Shown here in pieces: positions 9,371 through 18,780 of a stretch of 64,000 bases of DNA; within the stretch, counting starts at the first letter, position 1; each line of letters begins with the position of its first letter. Both the position numbers and the translations under genes were made by a program. Under the pieces are notes generated by a model. The model had not been told where the DNA came from, ran no database searches, and saw only the letters and a list, made by a program, of their open reading frames with translations. The DNA is from Spirochaetaceae bacterium (GTDB taxonomy: Bacteria > Spirochaetota > Spirochaetia > PWKH01): contig PWKH01000184.1 of NCBI GenBank assembly GCA_003559765.1, positions 12,857 to 76,856 of the forward strand, written 5' to 3'.

Positions 9371-10562
9371 GTATCAGATGCCCGATGAACAGGGTTTTTT
9401 CGGTCCCTACGGAGGCAGTTACGTGCCCCCGATGCTGGAACCGGTACTGAAGGAAATAACCGAAGCATATGCAGCCTGCCGCAGGGATCCATCCTTCCTG
9501 TCGGATCTGGCCTATTACTATACCCACTATGTGGGACGGCCTTCACCAATCTATCATGCCAAGGAGCTCTCGCTGCAGCTGGGAGGAGGACAGATTTATC
9601 TCAAACGGGAGGATCTCAACCACACCGGCGCCCACAAGATCAATCACTGCATCGGAGAAGCGCTGGTGGCGAAATACATGGGCAAGCAGAAGCTGATCGC
9701 TGAAACCGGAGCCGGACAGCACGGCGTCGCCCTGGCCACAGCCGCGGCTCTGCTGGGTCTTGAATGCGACATCTATATGGGGGAAGTGGATGTCCGCAAG
9801 GAGCATCCCAATGTGATTCGAATGGAGATCCTCGGTGCCAGAGTGATCCCGGTTGACCGGGGGACAAAGACCCTGAAAGATGCAGTGGATGCGGCCTTCG
9901 AAGCCTATCTGGGGGACACCCAGACCCAGATGTACGCCATCGGCTCCGTGGTGGGCCCCCATCCCTTTCCCATGATGGTCCGGGACTTCCAGTCCGTGGT
10001 AGGCCGGGAGGCCAAAGAGCAGTTCAGAGAACGTACCGGAGGCCTGCCGGATTACCTGGTGGCCTGTATAGGGGGAGGATCCAACGCCATCGGGCTGTTC
10101 CAGGAGTTTCTGGAGGACCGGGAAGTTGATATCTACGGAGTGGAGCCTGCCGGGAAAAGCTTCTCCGTCGGGGAGCATGCAGCCACCCTCACCCTTGGAA
10201 AACCCGGGGTGATCCACGGATTTGCCTGCTACCTGCTTCAGGATGACCAGGGAGATCCTCAGCCGGTGTATTCCCTGGCCAGCGGCCTGGACTACCCGGG
10301 GGTGGGACCGCAGCACAGCTATCTGAAGGACACCAAGCGGGTGAACTACGTCACCATTAACGATCAGGAAGCAATTGACGCTTTCTACGTGCTCTCCAGA
10401 AGGGAGGGGATTATTCCCGCCCTTGAGTCAGCCCATGCGGTGGCATACGCCATGAAGCTCGCTTCACAGCTGCCAAAGGACCGGAGCATCCTGATAAACC
10501 TGTCCGGTCGGGGAGATAAAGATATTGATTACGTGGTGGAAACCTACGGGCTGCCGAAATAA
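9339..10562 (+). CDS. trpB: Tryptophan synthase beta chain
   Basis: [21 protein letters not shown] (PLP lysine), [16 protein letters not shown] motifs; start ATG 9339 with AAGGAG RBS; the listed ORF start at 9237 is an upstream extension. Confidence 0.9.
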   Translation: MSMENQKQTIEYQMPDEQGFFGPYGGSYVPPMLEPVLKEITEAYAACRRDPSFLSDLAYYYTHYVGRPSPIYHAKELSLQLGGGQIYLKREDLNHTGAHKINHCIGEALVAKYMGKQKLIAETGAGQHGVALATAAALLGLECDIYMGEVDVRKEHPNVIRMEILGARVIPVDRGTKTLKDAVDAAFEAYLGDTQTQMYAIGSVVGPHPFPMMVRDFQSVVGREAKEQFRERTGGLPDYLVACIGGGSNAIGLFQEFLEDREVDIYGVEPAGKSFSVGEHAATLTLGKPGVIHGFACYLLQDDQGDPQPVYSLASGLDYPGVGPQHSYLKDTKRVNYVTINDQEAIDAFYVLSRREGIIPALESAHAVAYAMKLASQLPKDRSILINLSGRGDKDIDYVVETYGLPK

Positions 10563-10589
10563 TGATTTCGGCAGCTGTACGGAGTACTG

Positions 10590-11684
10590 CTAGAAGACAA
10601 ACCCTGCTGAGATACCGAAGCGGGGTTCATCCTTTTCGTCAGTGAAGAGCTCCTTGGCAGGCATCGTATAGGAAGCCTGGAGCGACAGTGCGGTAATCTC
10701 CAGCCCGGCACCTACAGTGACGGTTCCCTGGGAGGGGTTGATCGCCCCGAACATCAGATCCTGTATTCTCGGCATATGCTCTTTGTATCCTGCCCGCAGT
10801 ACGATGCGATCGCTGTCGGTAAAGTATATCCCGGATTCAACGCCCATGCGCAGCATCCGGTGATCGTCGCAGCCGATATGATCAACGTCCAGAGCACCGA
10901 GAAACCGGAGGATATTCCTTCGTCCGTACCGGTCCAGCCGGGGATTCCTGACGGAAACTCCCACATAGATATCCTTCAGCAGGTCCTCCAGGACCGGAAG
11001 GTCCTGGTGCTGGGACCACGCCATGACATCAAGGATTTCATCGTGGTGGGCGCCAAGGGCAAAAATACCAGTGTCGAAGAGCAGTCCTGCCCGAAGCAGG
11101 ACCGATTCTCCCTCTTCATGGTTATTCCCGTTGTAGTCATTCAGAAACACCTGCTGAAAGAAATCGGCAAAAAAATCACTCTGCCCCGGGTCCGATATGT
11201 TCACATTTGAGGCTTCAGTAATCTTTGATGCGTGGATTGCTGCCCCGGCGGAAAACATCCCCAGGTTCACCCCGAATCCCAGATCAACATTGTTGATCTT
11301 CGATATGGTGTATATCCGGTCCTCGTCGTCACCGCCGTTCTCCAGGTTGAGGTCATAGATTGAGGAAATGCTTATTCCCCATCCCGAGCCGGTAAAGAAA
11401 AACTGGGGCATCACGATCGGCTCATAAAACTGGGCTCCGGAGGACTGATGCAGGTCCGTATAATGGATCATCGTTCCGATGGTACCGGTCTGCAGCATTC
11501 CCAGGCCGGCGGGGTTGCGGAACAGCGTATTGTGATCATTCGCTACAGCGGTATATGCTCCGGCCATTCCGGCAAGGCGCATGTCTCCAATATACCCGTC
11601 GGTCTGATGGGCGGCAAAAGCCCCCGAAGCGGTATATATATATATGATAATAATAAGTGTTACGGTCTTTCTCAATGCGGACAA
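10590..11684 (-). CDS. Putative outer-membrane beta-barrel protein
   Basis: Signal peptide LIIIIYIYTASGAFAA, alternating beta-strand pattern, C-terminal Phe (GFVF); TTG start with AGGAGA RBS. Confidence 0.45.
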   Translation of the reverse strand: MSALRKTVTLIIIIYIYTASGAFAAHQTDGYIGDMRLAGMAGAYTAVANDHNTLFRNPAGLGMLQTGTIGTMIHYTDLHQSSGAQFYEPIVMPQFFFTGSGWGISISSIYDLNLENGGDDEDRIYTISKINNVDLGFGVNLGMFSAGAAIHASKITEASNVNISDPGQSDFFADFFQQVFLNDYNGNNHEEGESVLLRAGLLFDTGIFALGAHHDEILDVMAWSQHQDLPVLEDLLKDIYVGVSVRNPRLDRYGRRNILRFLGALDVDHIGCDDHRMLRMGVESGIYFTDSDRIVLRAGYKEHMPRIQDLMFGAINPSQGTVTVGAGLEITALSLQASYTMPAKELFTDEKDEPRFGISAGFVF

Positions 11685-11772
11685 ACTGATCTCCTGTCTT
11701 TCGGTTCTAAGAGCTAAACTTACTCTGGATCACTACGTTACACCTGTTTGCAAAAAAAGTCCAGATTATCCG

Positions 11773-12741
11773 TCAGCGGCTTCTGCCGGTAAGCCGATCC
11801 AGCAGCCGCCCCAGCATAACTGAGGCCTCACCTGCAGGAAGCCGGCTCAGCTCCCGACGGGCTCTCCGGTGGTAAGCCTCAGCGATCGACTCGGCCTCTG
11901 CCGGCCCGCCCAGCCTCAGCACCATATCGCAGGCTTCATCCGCACGTACCGGATGACTCTTGAGCAGCTGCGCCAGTGCTCCCGAGGAATCGTTCTGCAG
12001 AGCGCACAGCAGCGGAAGGGTCGCAATCCCTGCCTGGAGGTCCCGAGCAGTCTCCTTTCCGAGATGCCGCTCATCTCCCCGATAGTCCAGGATGTCGTCC
12101 TGGATCTGAAAGGCCATGCCGAGGGTGTAGCCGAATCGCGACAGACGATGCTGCTGCAGCCGGCTCAGATTGGATGAAGCGGCCCCGAGATAACAGCTGA
12201 GGGAAAACAGCGCGGCGGTCTTCCCGCCGATGCGGCGGAGATAATGGCCGATGGATATGGAGAAATCTCCCATTTCCCCGTCCTGGTCAATCTCGCTTTC
12301 GCACAGCCTCCCGATCCGGTCTGAAACCACCTGCGGGCGGATCCGGTCGGCAGGGACGCTGGAAAACAGCGAGAAGGCCTTGGCCATCAGATAGTCCCCG
12401 GCAACCACCGCTTTTCGGTTGCCGATTCTGCTGTGAAGAGTTGACTCTCCCCTCCTCAGGGGGGCCTCATCAATGATGTCGTCATGAATTAATGACGCCG
12501 TATGGATCAGTTCCACTCCGGCGGCCAGATCCGCAGTTTCATCTTCATCAGCAGCGGCCCCTTCTGCCCGTGAGGATAACAGCACACAGGCAGGCCGCAG
12601 CATTTTTCCCTGCTGCGTAAGCAGCTGCTGGAGATAGGGCCGTATAAATCCCCTGGCTCCGGAGACTGTCTGCTCGATGCGTGACTGCACCTGCTCAAGT
12701 CCCCGGGAGACAAGGGGTTCATCCTTCCAGAAATTGTTCAC
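11773..12741 (-). CDS. Polyprenyl diphosphate synthase (trans-isoprenyl diphosphate synthase, IspB/HepT-like)
   Basis: First and second Asp-rich motifs LIHDDIIDEAPLRRG and FQIQDDILDY. Confidence 0.85.
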   Translation of the reverse strand: MNNFWKDEPLVSRGLEQVQSRIEQTVSGARGFIRPYLQQLLTQQGKMLRPACVLLSSRAEGAAADEDETADLAAGVELIHTASLIHDDIIDEAPLRRGESTLHSRIGNRKAVVAGDYLMAKAFSLFSSVPADRIRPQVVSDRIGRLCESEIDQDGEMGDFSISIGHYLRRIGGKTAALFSLSCYLGAASSNLSRLQQHRLSRFGYTLGMAFQIQDDILDYRGDERHLGKETARDLQAGIATLPLLCALQNDSSGALAQLLKSHPVRADEACDMVLRLGGPAEAESIAEAYHRRARRELSRLPAGEASVMLGRLLDRLTGRSR

Positions 12742-12755
12742 CGGTGGTTCCGTCC

Positions 12756-14687
12756 TTATTGCTTTTTCCTCCGCCTGATCACCGGTTCATCCAGATAGAG
12801 ATGGGTCTTCTTCGCCAGGGAACATCTGTTCCAGAGCTTCTTGATCCACGGCATCACCCAGTGATCCAGACCAAAGGCCTTACCGGCACCGCCGAGCATT
12901 ACGATCGACACAGCAATATACCACAGTATCTCCTGGCTTGCCAGTGCTCCCATCAGCAGCATCACCGACAGGGCAATTGATGCAATTGCAGCGGGAAAGG
13001 TAAACAGTCCAACCAGAAAGGCGAGACCGAGGCCAATTTCTCCGAGCACAATGCTCAGCTGGAACAGGTAGGGAGCCTGGGCAACGAAGGTCTCATTGAC
13101 CCACTGGAACAGCGCCGTCGGTTCGTCCAGAAGCGGCGGTGCAAATTCAGCGACAGCCTCCTCGGCCGCGGCCTCTCCGTTTTCAGCCGCCGCCTCCTCC
13201 CAGGGAGTTGCACTGGTGCCTGCACTGACCGCTTCTGCAGTCTCCTCGCCGTTGCCGCCGTTTTCCCACGGGGTAGCCCCGGTGCCGTCATCGCCCCAGT
13301 AGACGTAGCTTCCGGTGGTGTCGGTCAGCCAGGCGGGGACCTTCTTCAGACCTTCAACCAGCCACATCGCCCCGAGGAACATCCGCAGAAACGTCATCCA
13401 GTAGGAGGCAAGTTTCTCCGCAGCCAGTCCCCGTATAAAGGAGCGTTTGTCCTTGATGTCGAATATTTCGTGCTTCAGGTACCGGGCCCATCCGTTGAAC
13501 CCGCAGACGGTATGCTGATAGTACATATTTATCAGATGCTTCAGTCCCATGGCGAAAAAGCCGGACATGGATACGCCCATGGTATGAGAGACGCCGTATT
13601 TCCCGCCGATGGAGACCATGTATCCGTGAAAGTTCGACTGAAACGGTTTCGGCTCCTTGGCAGAGCAGGAGAGCTCCCGGCAGATTTTGTAGATGATCCC
13701 GTCAGCGGCTGTTGCAGCAGTCTGCTCGGCAGCTTCAACAGTCTGCGGGAGGGGCCGTTCTTCCTCCAGAAACCATACGGCGTCTCCGGCAAAGTAGACC
13801 CGATCATCATCGGGGCTCTGCATGTACTCATCGACCCGCTTGCGTCCCATCTTGCCGGTCTCAAGGGGAAGTTTTTCAGCAAATTCGCTGCCCTTGATGC
13901 CGCAGGTCCAGATCACCGTGTCGGCAAGAATCTCCGTTCCGTCCTTAAGGGTGATCTTCCCGTCATCAGCCTGCACGATGAAGGAGTTGAGCTTGATTTC
14001 CACCCCGTTTTTCTCAAGATAGCGCACCGCCTTCTTCCTGGGCTTTTCAGGCCAGGTATTGAGAACCTGTCCGAGTCCTTCCACGGTAATCAGCCGCACT
14101 TCATCGGGATCAACCTTATGCTGCTCGCAGAGAATGGGCACCCATTCAATAAGTTCGCCGATCATCTCAATACCGGTAAAACCGCCGCCGGCGACGACAA
14201 AGGTGAGTTTCTCCTTGCGCCGCACCGGATCCTTCTCAAAGGCCGCGTCGCGCACCATCGTCTCCACATGCTCCCGAATCCGCACTGCGTCCTTGAGACC
14301 CCACAGCGGCAGGGCATGTTCCTGTATCCCGGGAATACCGAAATAGGAAGGCTCAGCCCCGGTTGCAATCATCAGATAATCGTAGGGATAGCTGTCGGTA
14401 TCGGAGGTGAGCACCTGCTTTTCGAAGTCGATATCGGTGATTTCTTCACGGACCACTTCCACGGATGTGCCGGCAAATATCCGGTCATAAGAAATTTTCA
14501 CCGACTCCTCAGGCACCCTGCCCCCGGCAAGTTCATGAAGCTCAGTCATCAGCACATGATGGGGATTTTTATCGATCAAGGTGACGGTCACCTTGTCGCG
14601 CATCTTCTTGAATTTTTTATAAAGCCGTTTCGCCGCATGCACCCCGGCATATCCGCCGCCGAGGATCACAATATTTTTTCTATCCAT
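12756..14687 (-). CDS. ndh: Type II NADH:quinone oxidoreductase (NDH-2) fused to a C-terminal DoxX-like membrane domain
   Basis: N-terminal GGGYAG FAD motif and second Rossmann AGGGFTGIE. After about 400 aa there is an acidic ATPWE-repeat linker, then 3-4 TM helices (LVGLFTFPAAIASIALSVMLLMGALA...). Confidence 0.85.
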   Translation of the reverse strand: MDRKNIVILGGGYAGVHAAKRLYKKFKKMRDKVTVTLIDKNPHHVLMTELHELAGGRVPEESVKISYDRIFAGTSVEVVREEITDIDFEKQVLTSDTDSYPYDYLMIATGAEPSYFGIPGIQEHALPLWGLKDAVRIREHVETMVRDAAFEKDPVRRKEKLTFVVAGGGFTGIEMIGELIEWVPILCEQHKVDPDEVRLITVEGLGQVLNTWPEKPRKKAVRYLEKNGVEIKLNSFIVQADDGKITLKDGTEILADTVIWTCGIKGSEFAEKLPLETGKMGRKRVDEYMQSPDDDRVYFAGDAVWFLEEERPLPQTVEAAEQTAATAADGIIYKICRELSCSAKEPKPFQSNFHGYMVSIGGKYGVSHTMGVSMSGFFAMGLKHLINMYYQHTVCGFNGWARYLKHEIFDIKDKRSFIRGLAAEKLASYWMTFLRMFLGAMWLVEGLKKVPAWLTDTTGSYVYWGDDGTGATPWENGGNGEETAEAVSAGTSATPWEEAAAENGEAAAEEAVAEFAPPLLDEPTALFQWVNETFVAQAPYLFQLSIVLGEIGLGLAFLVGLFTFPAAIASIALSVMLLMGALASQEILWYIAVSIVMLGGAGKAFGLDHWVMPWIKKLWNRCSLAKKTHLYLDEPVIRRRKKQ

Positions 14688-14784
14688 GCTTTACTCCAAA
14701 CAATACTAAACTTGTAATCATTATAAACGTATAGCCCAATAAAACAGTTGTCAAGATGTTTATTTTTCTTCATATTGCTTTTAT

Positions 14785-15882
14785 ATGAAATCAAAGCACT
14801 TTTTCCGAATATTTGTAATTATTCCGTTCATAACTGCTGCATTATTGATCACCGCTTCCTGCGGCAGTTCAGATGCTGAAGATACGGCCTCCCATGAGCC
14901 GGTTGCCGAAAACCACCTTGCTCTCGGCACGGTCTCCAGAATCACCATCTATGATCAGCCGGCAGACCGCGCCCGAGAGATCATTCAGGCGGCCTTTGCC
15001 CGGGTAGATGAAATTGAAGAGGCCATGAGCCTTTATAAACCCGGCAGCGAAGTGGACCGGGTGAATGATCAGGCCGGGAAGCAGGCCGTCGAGATATCCC
15101 GGGAGATCTTTTCAGTCCTTGCCATGGCCAAGGAAGTGGCCGTCTCAAGCGACGGGGCCTTCGACCCCACCGTGGGGGCGTTAGTGACAGCATGGGGTAT
15201 CGGCACCGACAATCCCTCAATACCCGGAACTGAGCAGCTTGATGAGCTGATCAACCTGGTGGACTACTCCCAGCTGGAGCTCACCGATCACAACGGTTCG
15301 CGGTATGAGGCAAAGCTGCTGAAAGAGGGCATGCAGATTGATCTGGGCGGAATAGCCAAGGGGTATGCCGCCGATGAGGTGAAGCGGATCATTACTGAAA
15401 TGGGCTCCTCCAGCGCCTTAGTAAACCTCGGGGGCAACATCATGCTCGTGGGGACGAAGCCCGACGGCACGGACTGGAGAATCGGGGTCCAGGATCCCGG
15501 AAGCGGCAGGGGGGATTATGTCATGATCGTATCCCTCGAGGAGGGCACGGTGGTCACCTCAGGGATTTATGAACGGTTCTTCACCCGGGAGGGTGAGCAT
15601 TTTCACCATATCCTTGATACGAAAACTGGGTTTCCAGCAGAGAATGAGCTGGAAAGCATTACCATCATCGCGGAGAACTCCGCCTTTGCCGATGCCCTTT
15701 CCACTGCCGCCTTCGTGCTGGGACTCGAGCAGGGCCTGCAGTACATGGAAGACATCCCCGAAGCTGAGGCAGTGTTTCTGACGAAGGACAAAAAGATCTA
15801 CTACACTTCGGGAATCGGCTCACCGGGGCTTACCTACCGGATCGTCAGCCAGGACTACGAGGTTATAACAGGGGGGCCGTAG
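14785..15882 (+). CDS. apbE: FAD:protein FMN transferase (ApbE) lipoprotein
   Basis: Lipobox ITASCGS; DLGGIAKGYA ApbE signature; divergent from ndh. Confidence 0.9.
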   Translation: MKSKHFFRIFVIIPFITAALLITASCGSSDAEDTASHEPVAENHLALGTVSRITIYDQPADRAREIIQAAFARVDEIEEAMSLYKPGSEVDRVNDQAGKQAVEISREIFSVLAMAKEVAVSSDGAFDPTVGALVTAWGIGTDNPSIPGTEQLDELINLVDYSQLELTDHNGSRYEAKLLKEGMQIDLGGIAKGYAADEVKRIITEMGSSSALVNLGGNIMLVGTKPDGTDWRIGVQDPGSGRGDYVMIVSLEEGTVVTSGIYERFFTREGEHFHHILDTKTGFPAENELESITIIAENSAFADALSTAAFVLGLEQGLQYMEDIPEAEAVFLTKDKKIYYTSGIGSPGLTYRIVSQDYEVITGGP

Positions 15883-16396
15883 CGTAGATTACCCAGAACG
15901 CCGCAGCAGCTGCGGCGGCGGGAATCCAGCCGACGCTCCCGGCGGCCTGAAACCGGTCCCCAGGATCTCCCCGGTGCTCCTCAAGCTGAAACAGCAGCTC
16001 ATCGAGACGCTGTATGAACTGCTTCGGGTTCACCTTGAGTCCGCTGTTGAGAAACCCTTCATAGTAGGAGAACTGCAGTGAAAGCAGATTCCCAAGCCTT
16101 CCGGGAAACGCCGGGCGCTGGGAAATCATGAACTGGGAGAGGTAGATCAGCGCAATGAGCTTCAGCGAACGGACCAGTCCGATCCGCAGAGCTCCCAGGG
16201 TTATCTCGAATCCCGCAATTTCATAGAGCACCTGTCCGTGGGCCTGAAGCAGGTTCACGGCAGTAATGGTCACGATCATCATGAGGTTTGTCTTTACCCT
16301 GATTCTGCCTCCCTGCAGCAGTCTGATGATGATCAGCAGCCCCAGCTGCAGCAGCAGCGGCAGGAGATCAAACTGAAACACCAGAGCCGGCAGCAT
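15863..16396 (-). CDS. Hypothetical Leu-rich polytopic membrane protein (possible transporter component)
   Basis: ORF immediately downstream of Gx-transporter-like gene on same strand; several hydrophobic helices; start chosen at internal ATG after upstream stop; no family recognised. Confidence 0.35.
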   Translation of the reverse strand: MLPALVFQFDLLPLLLQLGLLIIIRLLQGGRIRVKTNLMMIVTITAVNLLQAHGQVLYEIAGFEITLGALRIGLVRSLKLIALIYLSQFMISQRPAFPGRLGNLLSLQFSYYEGFLNSGLKVNPKQFIQRLDELLFQLEEHRGDPGDRFQAAGSVGWIPAAAAAAAFWVIYATAPLL

Positions 16397-16430
16397 GCAC
16401 AGTCCGGCGATAAGGGGAATATTTCTCCGG

Positions 16431-16976
16431 TCAGTCACGCCGCACCCCCTCCTGTTTTGCCGCAAGCCAGCGGGAACTGAGGACAAACTGCTGAGTAAAG
16501 AGCCCGAGCACTACCGCGGTGATCAGCCCGGTGATGAGAAAGGGGGGAGCAATCAGCCAGGCCCCTTCCCCGAAGAGAAACACCCGGGCAAGAAACAGCT
16601 GAGCCATGTTGCTGGCAAATGCCCCGATAACTGCAATTCCGACGAAGGTCACATGCCTGCCTGCCAGGCGGTAGGCAATCAGCATCATTACCACGCTGGC
16701 GGCACTTCCCCCGAGGGAAAAGAGAAAGACATAGGAGAACAGTGTTCCGTGGATAATTCCCTGGCCGAAGACCTTCAGGAAGGCCAGCAGAGCATACTCC
16801 CGGGTGGTGAGGAAGGTTAGACCGATCATCACCGGAAGATTGGCCAGCCCGATGCGCATAAAGGGCACCGGCTTGGGAATCACATATTCGACAGTTGCCA
16901 GAAACAGGGCAAAGGCCCCCAGCATGGCAATCTCATGGATCCGGACGGCCCGGCCGCTGCTAGAAAGCGACATCAT
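16431..16976 (-). CDS. Gx transporter family protein (Hpre_diP_synt_I-like membrane protein)
   Basis: Pattern PKPVPFMRIGLANLPVM...SLGGSAAS...GAFASNMAQL matches Gx/heptaprenyl-diphosphate-synthase-component-I-like family. Confidence 0.65.
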   Translation of the reverse strand: MMSLSSSGRAVRIHEIAMLGAFALFLATVEYVIPKPVPFMRIGLANLPVMIGLTFLTTREYALLAFLKVFGQGIIHGTLFSYVFLFSLGGSAASVVMMLIAYRLAGRHVTFVGIAVIGAFASNMAQLFLARVFLFGEGAWLIAPPFLITGLITAVVLGLFTQQFVLSSRWLAAKQEGVRRD

Positions 16977-17337
16977 CCACCTCCCCGTCCTCAGGCAGTG
17001 CTCCCTCTATTCTTACGAATACATCATTGGGCAGACAGATGATCCACTGTCCGGTACGCTGGATTTTTCCGGTGGAGACGCAGATTTTATTGGTGCAGGG
17101 GGAATCGGGTATATGGACATGCCCGTCTTCGATCACCACCTCAGTATGTCCCAGAGGTCCTGGAATAAAAAGCTGATCATTCTGGTCGACGGGATAGATC
17201 CACTGCCTTCCCGCAGCGTCGATTCTCACCAGGGCGGCATCTGACCCGTTGCGGTAAATCTGGAAGGACATGACGCCGATGATCACTGCTGCAGCTATGA
17301 GGATCACCGCATCGGCACGTTTCATGATCTGCTTCAT
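16960..17337 (-). CDS. NusG domain II-containing membrane-anchored protein
   Basis: N-terminal TM then CxxxxC...IICLPN pattern typical of NusG_II (PF07009-like) small proteins. Confidence 0.65.
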   Translation of the reverse strand: MKQIMKRADAVILIAAAVIIGVMSFQIYRNGSDAALVRIDAAGRQWIYPVDQNDQLFIPGPLGHTEVVIEDGHVHIPDSPCTNKICVSTGKIQRTGQWIICLPNDVFVRIEGALPEDGEVDDVAF

Positions 17338-17418
17338 GGGAGGGACTATAGCACAAAAACATTTGGTGGGAAAAGCCTGATTTCTATAAGGAATTATCCT
17401 TATTTAAAAAAACAGATA

Positions 17419-17447
17419 TTGCCTTACTCATTTGATAACCTTATACT
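17419..17447 (+). promoter_or_regulatory. Sigma70-like promoter TTGCCT-17-TATACT upstream of FMN-binding lipoprotein gene
   Basis: -35 at 17419-17424 and -10 at 17442-17447, AT-rich region, RBS AGGAGG before ATG 17478. Confidence 0.35.
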
Positions 17448-17477
17448 GTACCAAAAGAATATATATTAGGAGGAAAT

Positions 17478-18725
17478 ATGAAGAAACTAGCCGTATTGGG
17501 GATAATTATGCTTGCCGCATTTGCTCTGATCAGCTGCGGTCAGGAGGAAGAACCTGCAGCAGCACAGGCTCCGGCAGAGGAAGCAGTCGAACCGGCAGCC
17601 GCCCCGAGTGAATCTGAAGACGGTATTTATTTCGCGCAGGAAGATGAATTTTCCGGCAGCGGTTGGAAATATGTGGTGTCCTTTGAGATCGAGAACGGTG
17701 AATTTGTCTGGGCAGACTGGAACGGCGTGCACCGTGACTCCGGCCCCGACAAGAAAACCCTTGACAGGATGGGGCTCTACGGCATGGTGGCCCGCGGAGG
17801 CGCCCTGGCTGAATGGTATGAGCAGGCTGAACTGGTCGAAGCCTACCTGCTGGAGACTCAGGATCCGGCAGATATTCCCTACGGAGATGACGGGAAGACC
17901 GATGCGGTCTCCGGGGTGACTATCACCATCAGCAGTTTTGCGGAACTGGCGCAGCAGGCGCTGGCTGAAGGCCCCGTCGGCCGAGGGCCCTATGAGGACG
18001 GTCTGCATTTTGCAGCCCAGCGGCCCGACGGAGGCTGGACCTACACCGTGGCAATGAACGTGATCAGCGGGTATATCGCAGGGGTGAACTGGAGCGGATT
18101 CAACGAGGACGGACAGGACAAGAAGACGATAGACCGTGCCGGGGAATACCAGATGGTTGAACGGGGCGGCGCCCTGGCTGAATGGTATGAGCAGGCTGAA
18201 CTGGTCGAAGCCTACCTGCTGGAGACTCAGGATCCGGCAGATATTCCCTACGGAGATGACGGCAAGACCGATGCGGTCTCCGGGGTGACCATCACCATCA
18301 GCAGTTTTGCGGAACTGGCCCGGCAGGCCCTTGATGCAGGACCTGCTGCTGATGTGGTCTACGAAGACGGGACCTATTACGCTGAGGCCGATGAGTTCGG
18401 TTCTTCCGGGTGGAAATATTTCGTAGATATCATGGCGGTCAACGGTTTTATCGTCGATGCAGACTGGAACGCAGTCAACGAAGACGGTGAAGACAAAAAA
18501 TCCGTGGATAAGGCCGGCGACTACCAGATGGTTGCCCGAGGGGGAGCAATCGACGAATGGCACGTCCAGGCTCAGCGGGCTGAGGAGCATCTGCTCCACA
18601 CCCAGGATCCCCGGGCCATCGAACTGGACGACAGCGGCAGAACCGATGCCGTCTCCGGGGTGACCATCACCGTCAGCGAGCTGGTCGCTCTGGCCGACAA
18701 GGCTCTTGAGGATGCCCGAAAGTAA
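17478..18725 (+). CDS. Lipoprotein with three tandem FMN-binding (FMN_bind) domains; predicted ApbE flavinylation substrate (PplA-like)
   Basis: Lipobox LISCGQ; three copies of ...DKK..D...G.Y.MV.RGGA..EW......AE..L....DP....DD.G.TDAVSGVTIT[IV]S with the D..SG.T flavinylation motif. Confidence 0.8.
   Translation: MKKLAVLGIIMLAAFALISCGQEEEPAAAQAPAEEAVEPAAAPSESEDGIYFAQEDEFSGSGWKYVVSFEIENGEFVWADWNGVHRDSGPDKKTLDRMGLYGMVARGGALAEWYEQAELVEAYLLETQDPADIPYGDDGKTDAVSGVTITISSFAELAQQALAEGPVGRGPYEDGLHFAAQRPDGGWTYTVAMNVISGYIAGVNWSGFNEDGQDKKTIDRAGEYQMVERGGALAEWYEQAELVEAYLLETQDPADIPYGDDGKTDAVSGVTITISSFAELARQALDAGPAADVVYEDGTYYAEADEFGSSGWKYFVDIMAVNGFIVDADWNAVNEDGEDKKSVDKAGDYQMVARGGAIDEWHVQAQRAEEHLLHTQDPRAIELDDSGRTDAVSGVTITVSELVALADKALEDARK
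17799..17950 (+). repeat. Intragenic direct repeat copy 1 (152 nt, near-identical to 18168-18319)
   Basis: ggcgccctggctgaatggtatgagcaggctgaactggtcgaagcc... repeated with 2 mismatches, offset 369 nt (one domain). Confidence 0.8.
18168..18319 (+). repeat. Intragenic direct repeat copy 2
   Basis: See copy 1; differs only at gacgggaag/gacggcaag and gtgactatc/gtgaccatc. Confidence 0.8.
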
Positions 18726-18749
18726 CATTCTGCTCACCAAGCAGTATCA

Positions 18750-18780
18750 GCAGCCGGCGTAACGCCGGCTGCTTTTTCTT
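18750..18780 (+). terminator. Rho-independent terminator (gcagccggcg-taa-cgccggctgc + TTTTT)
   Basis: Perfect 10-bp GC stem, 3-nt loop, T-run, 25 nt after stop of FMN-binding lipoprotein. Confidence 0.7.

Noticed and set aside
13470-14717. 415-aa ORF antisense to ndh
   Set aside because: The opposite strand encodes NDH-2 with canonical FAD/NAD motifs; the antisense ORF has no motifs and has His/Gly/Pro-rich low-complexity typical of GC-rich antisense frames.
17487-18740. 417-aa ORF antisense to the FMN-binding lipoprotein gene
   Set aside because: The sense strand has lipobox, three conserved FMN_bind motifs, promoter, RBS and terminator. The antisense ORF is a high-GC artefact with Pro/Gly/Arg-rich composition and ends exactly at the sense gene boundaries.
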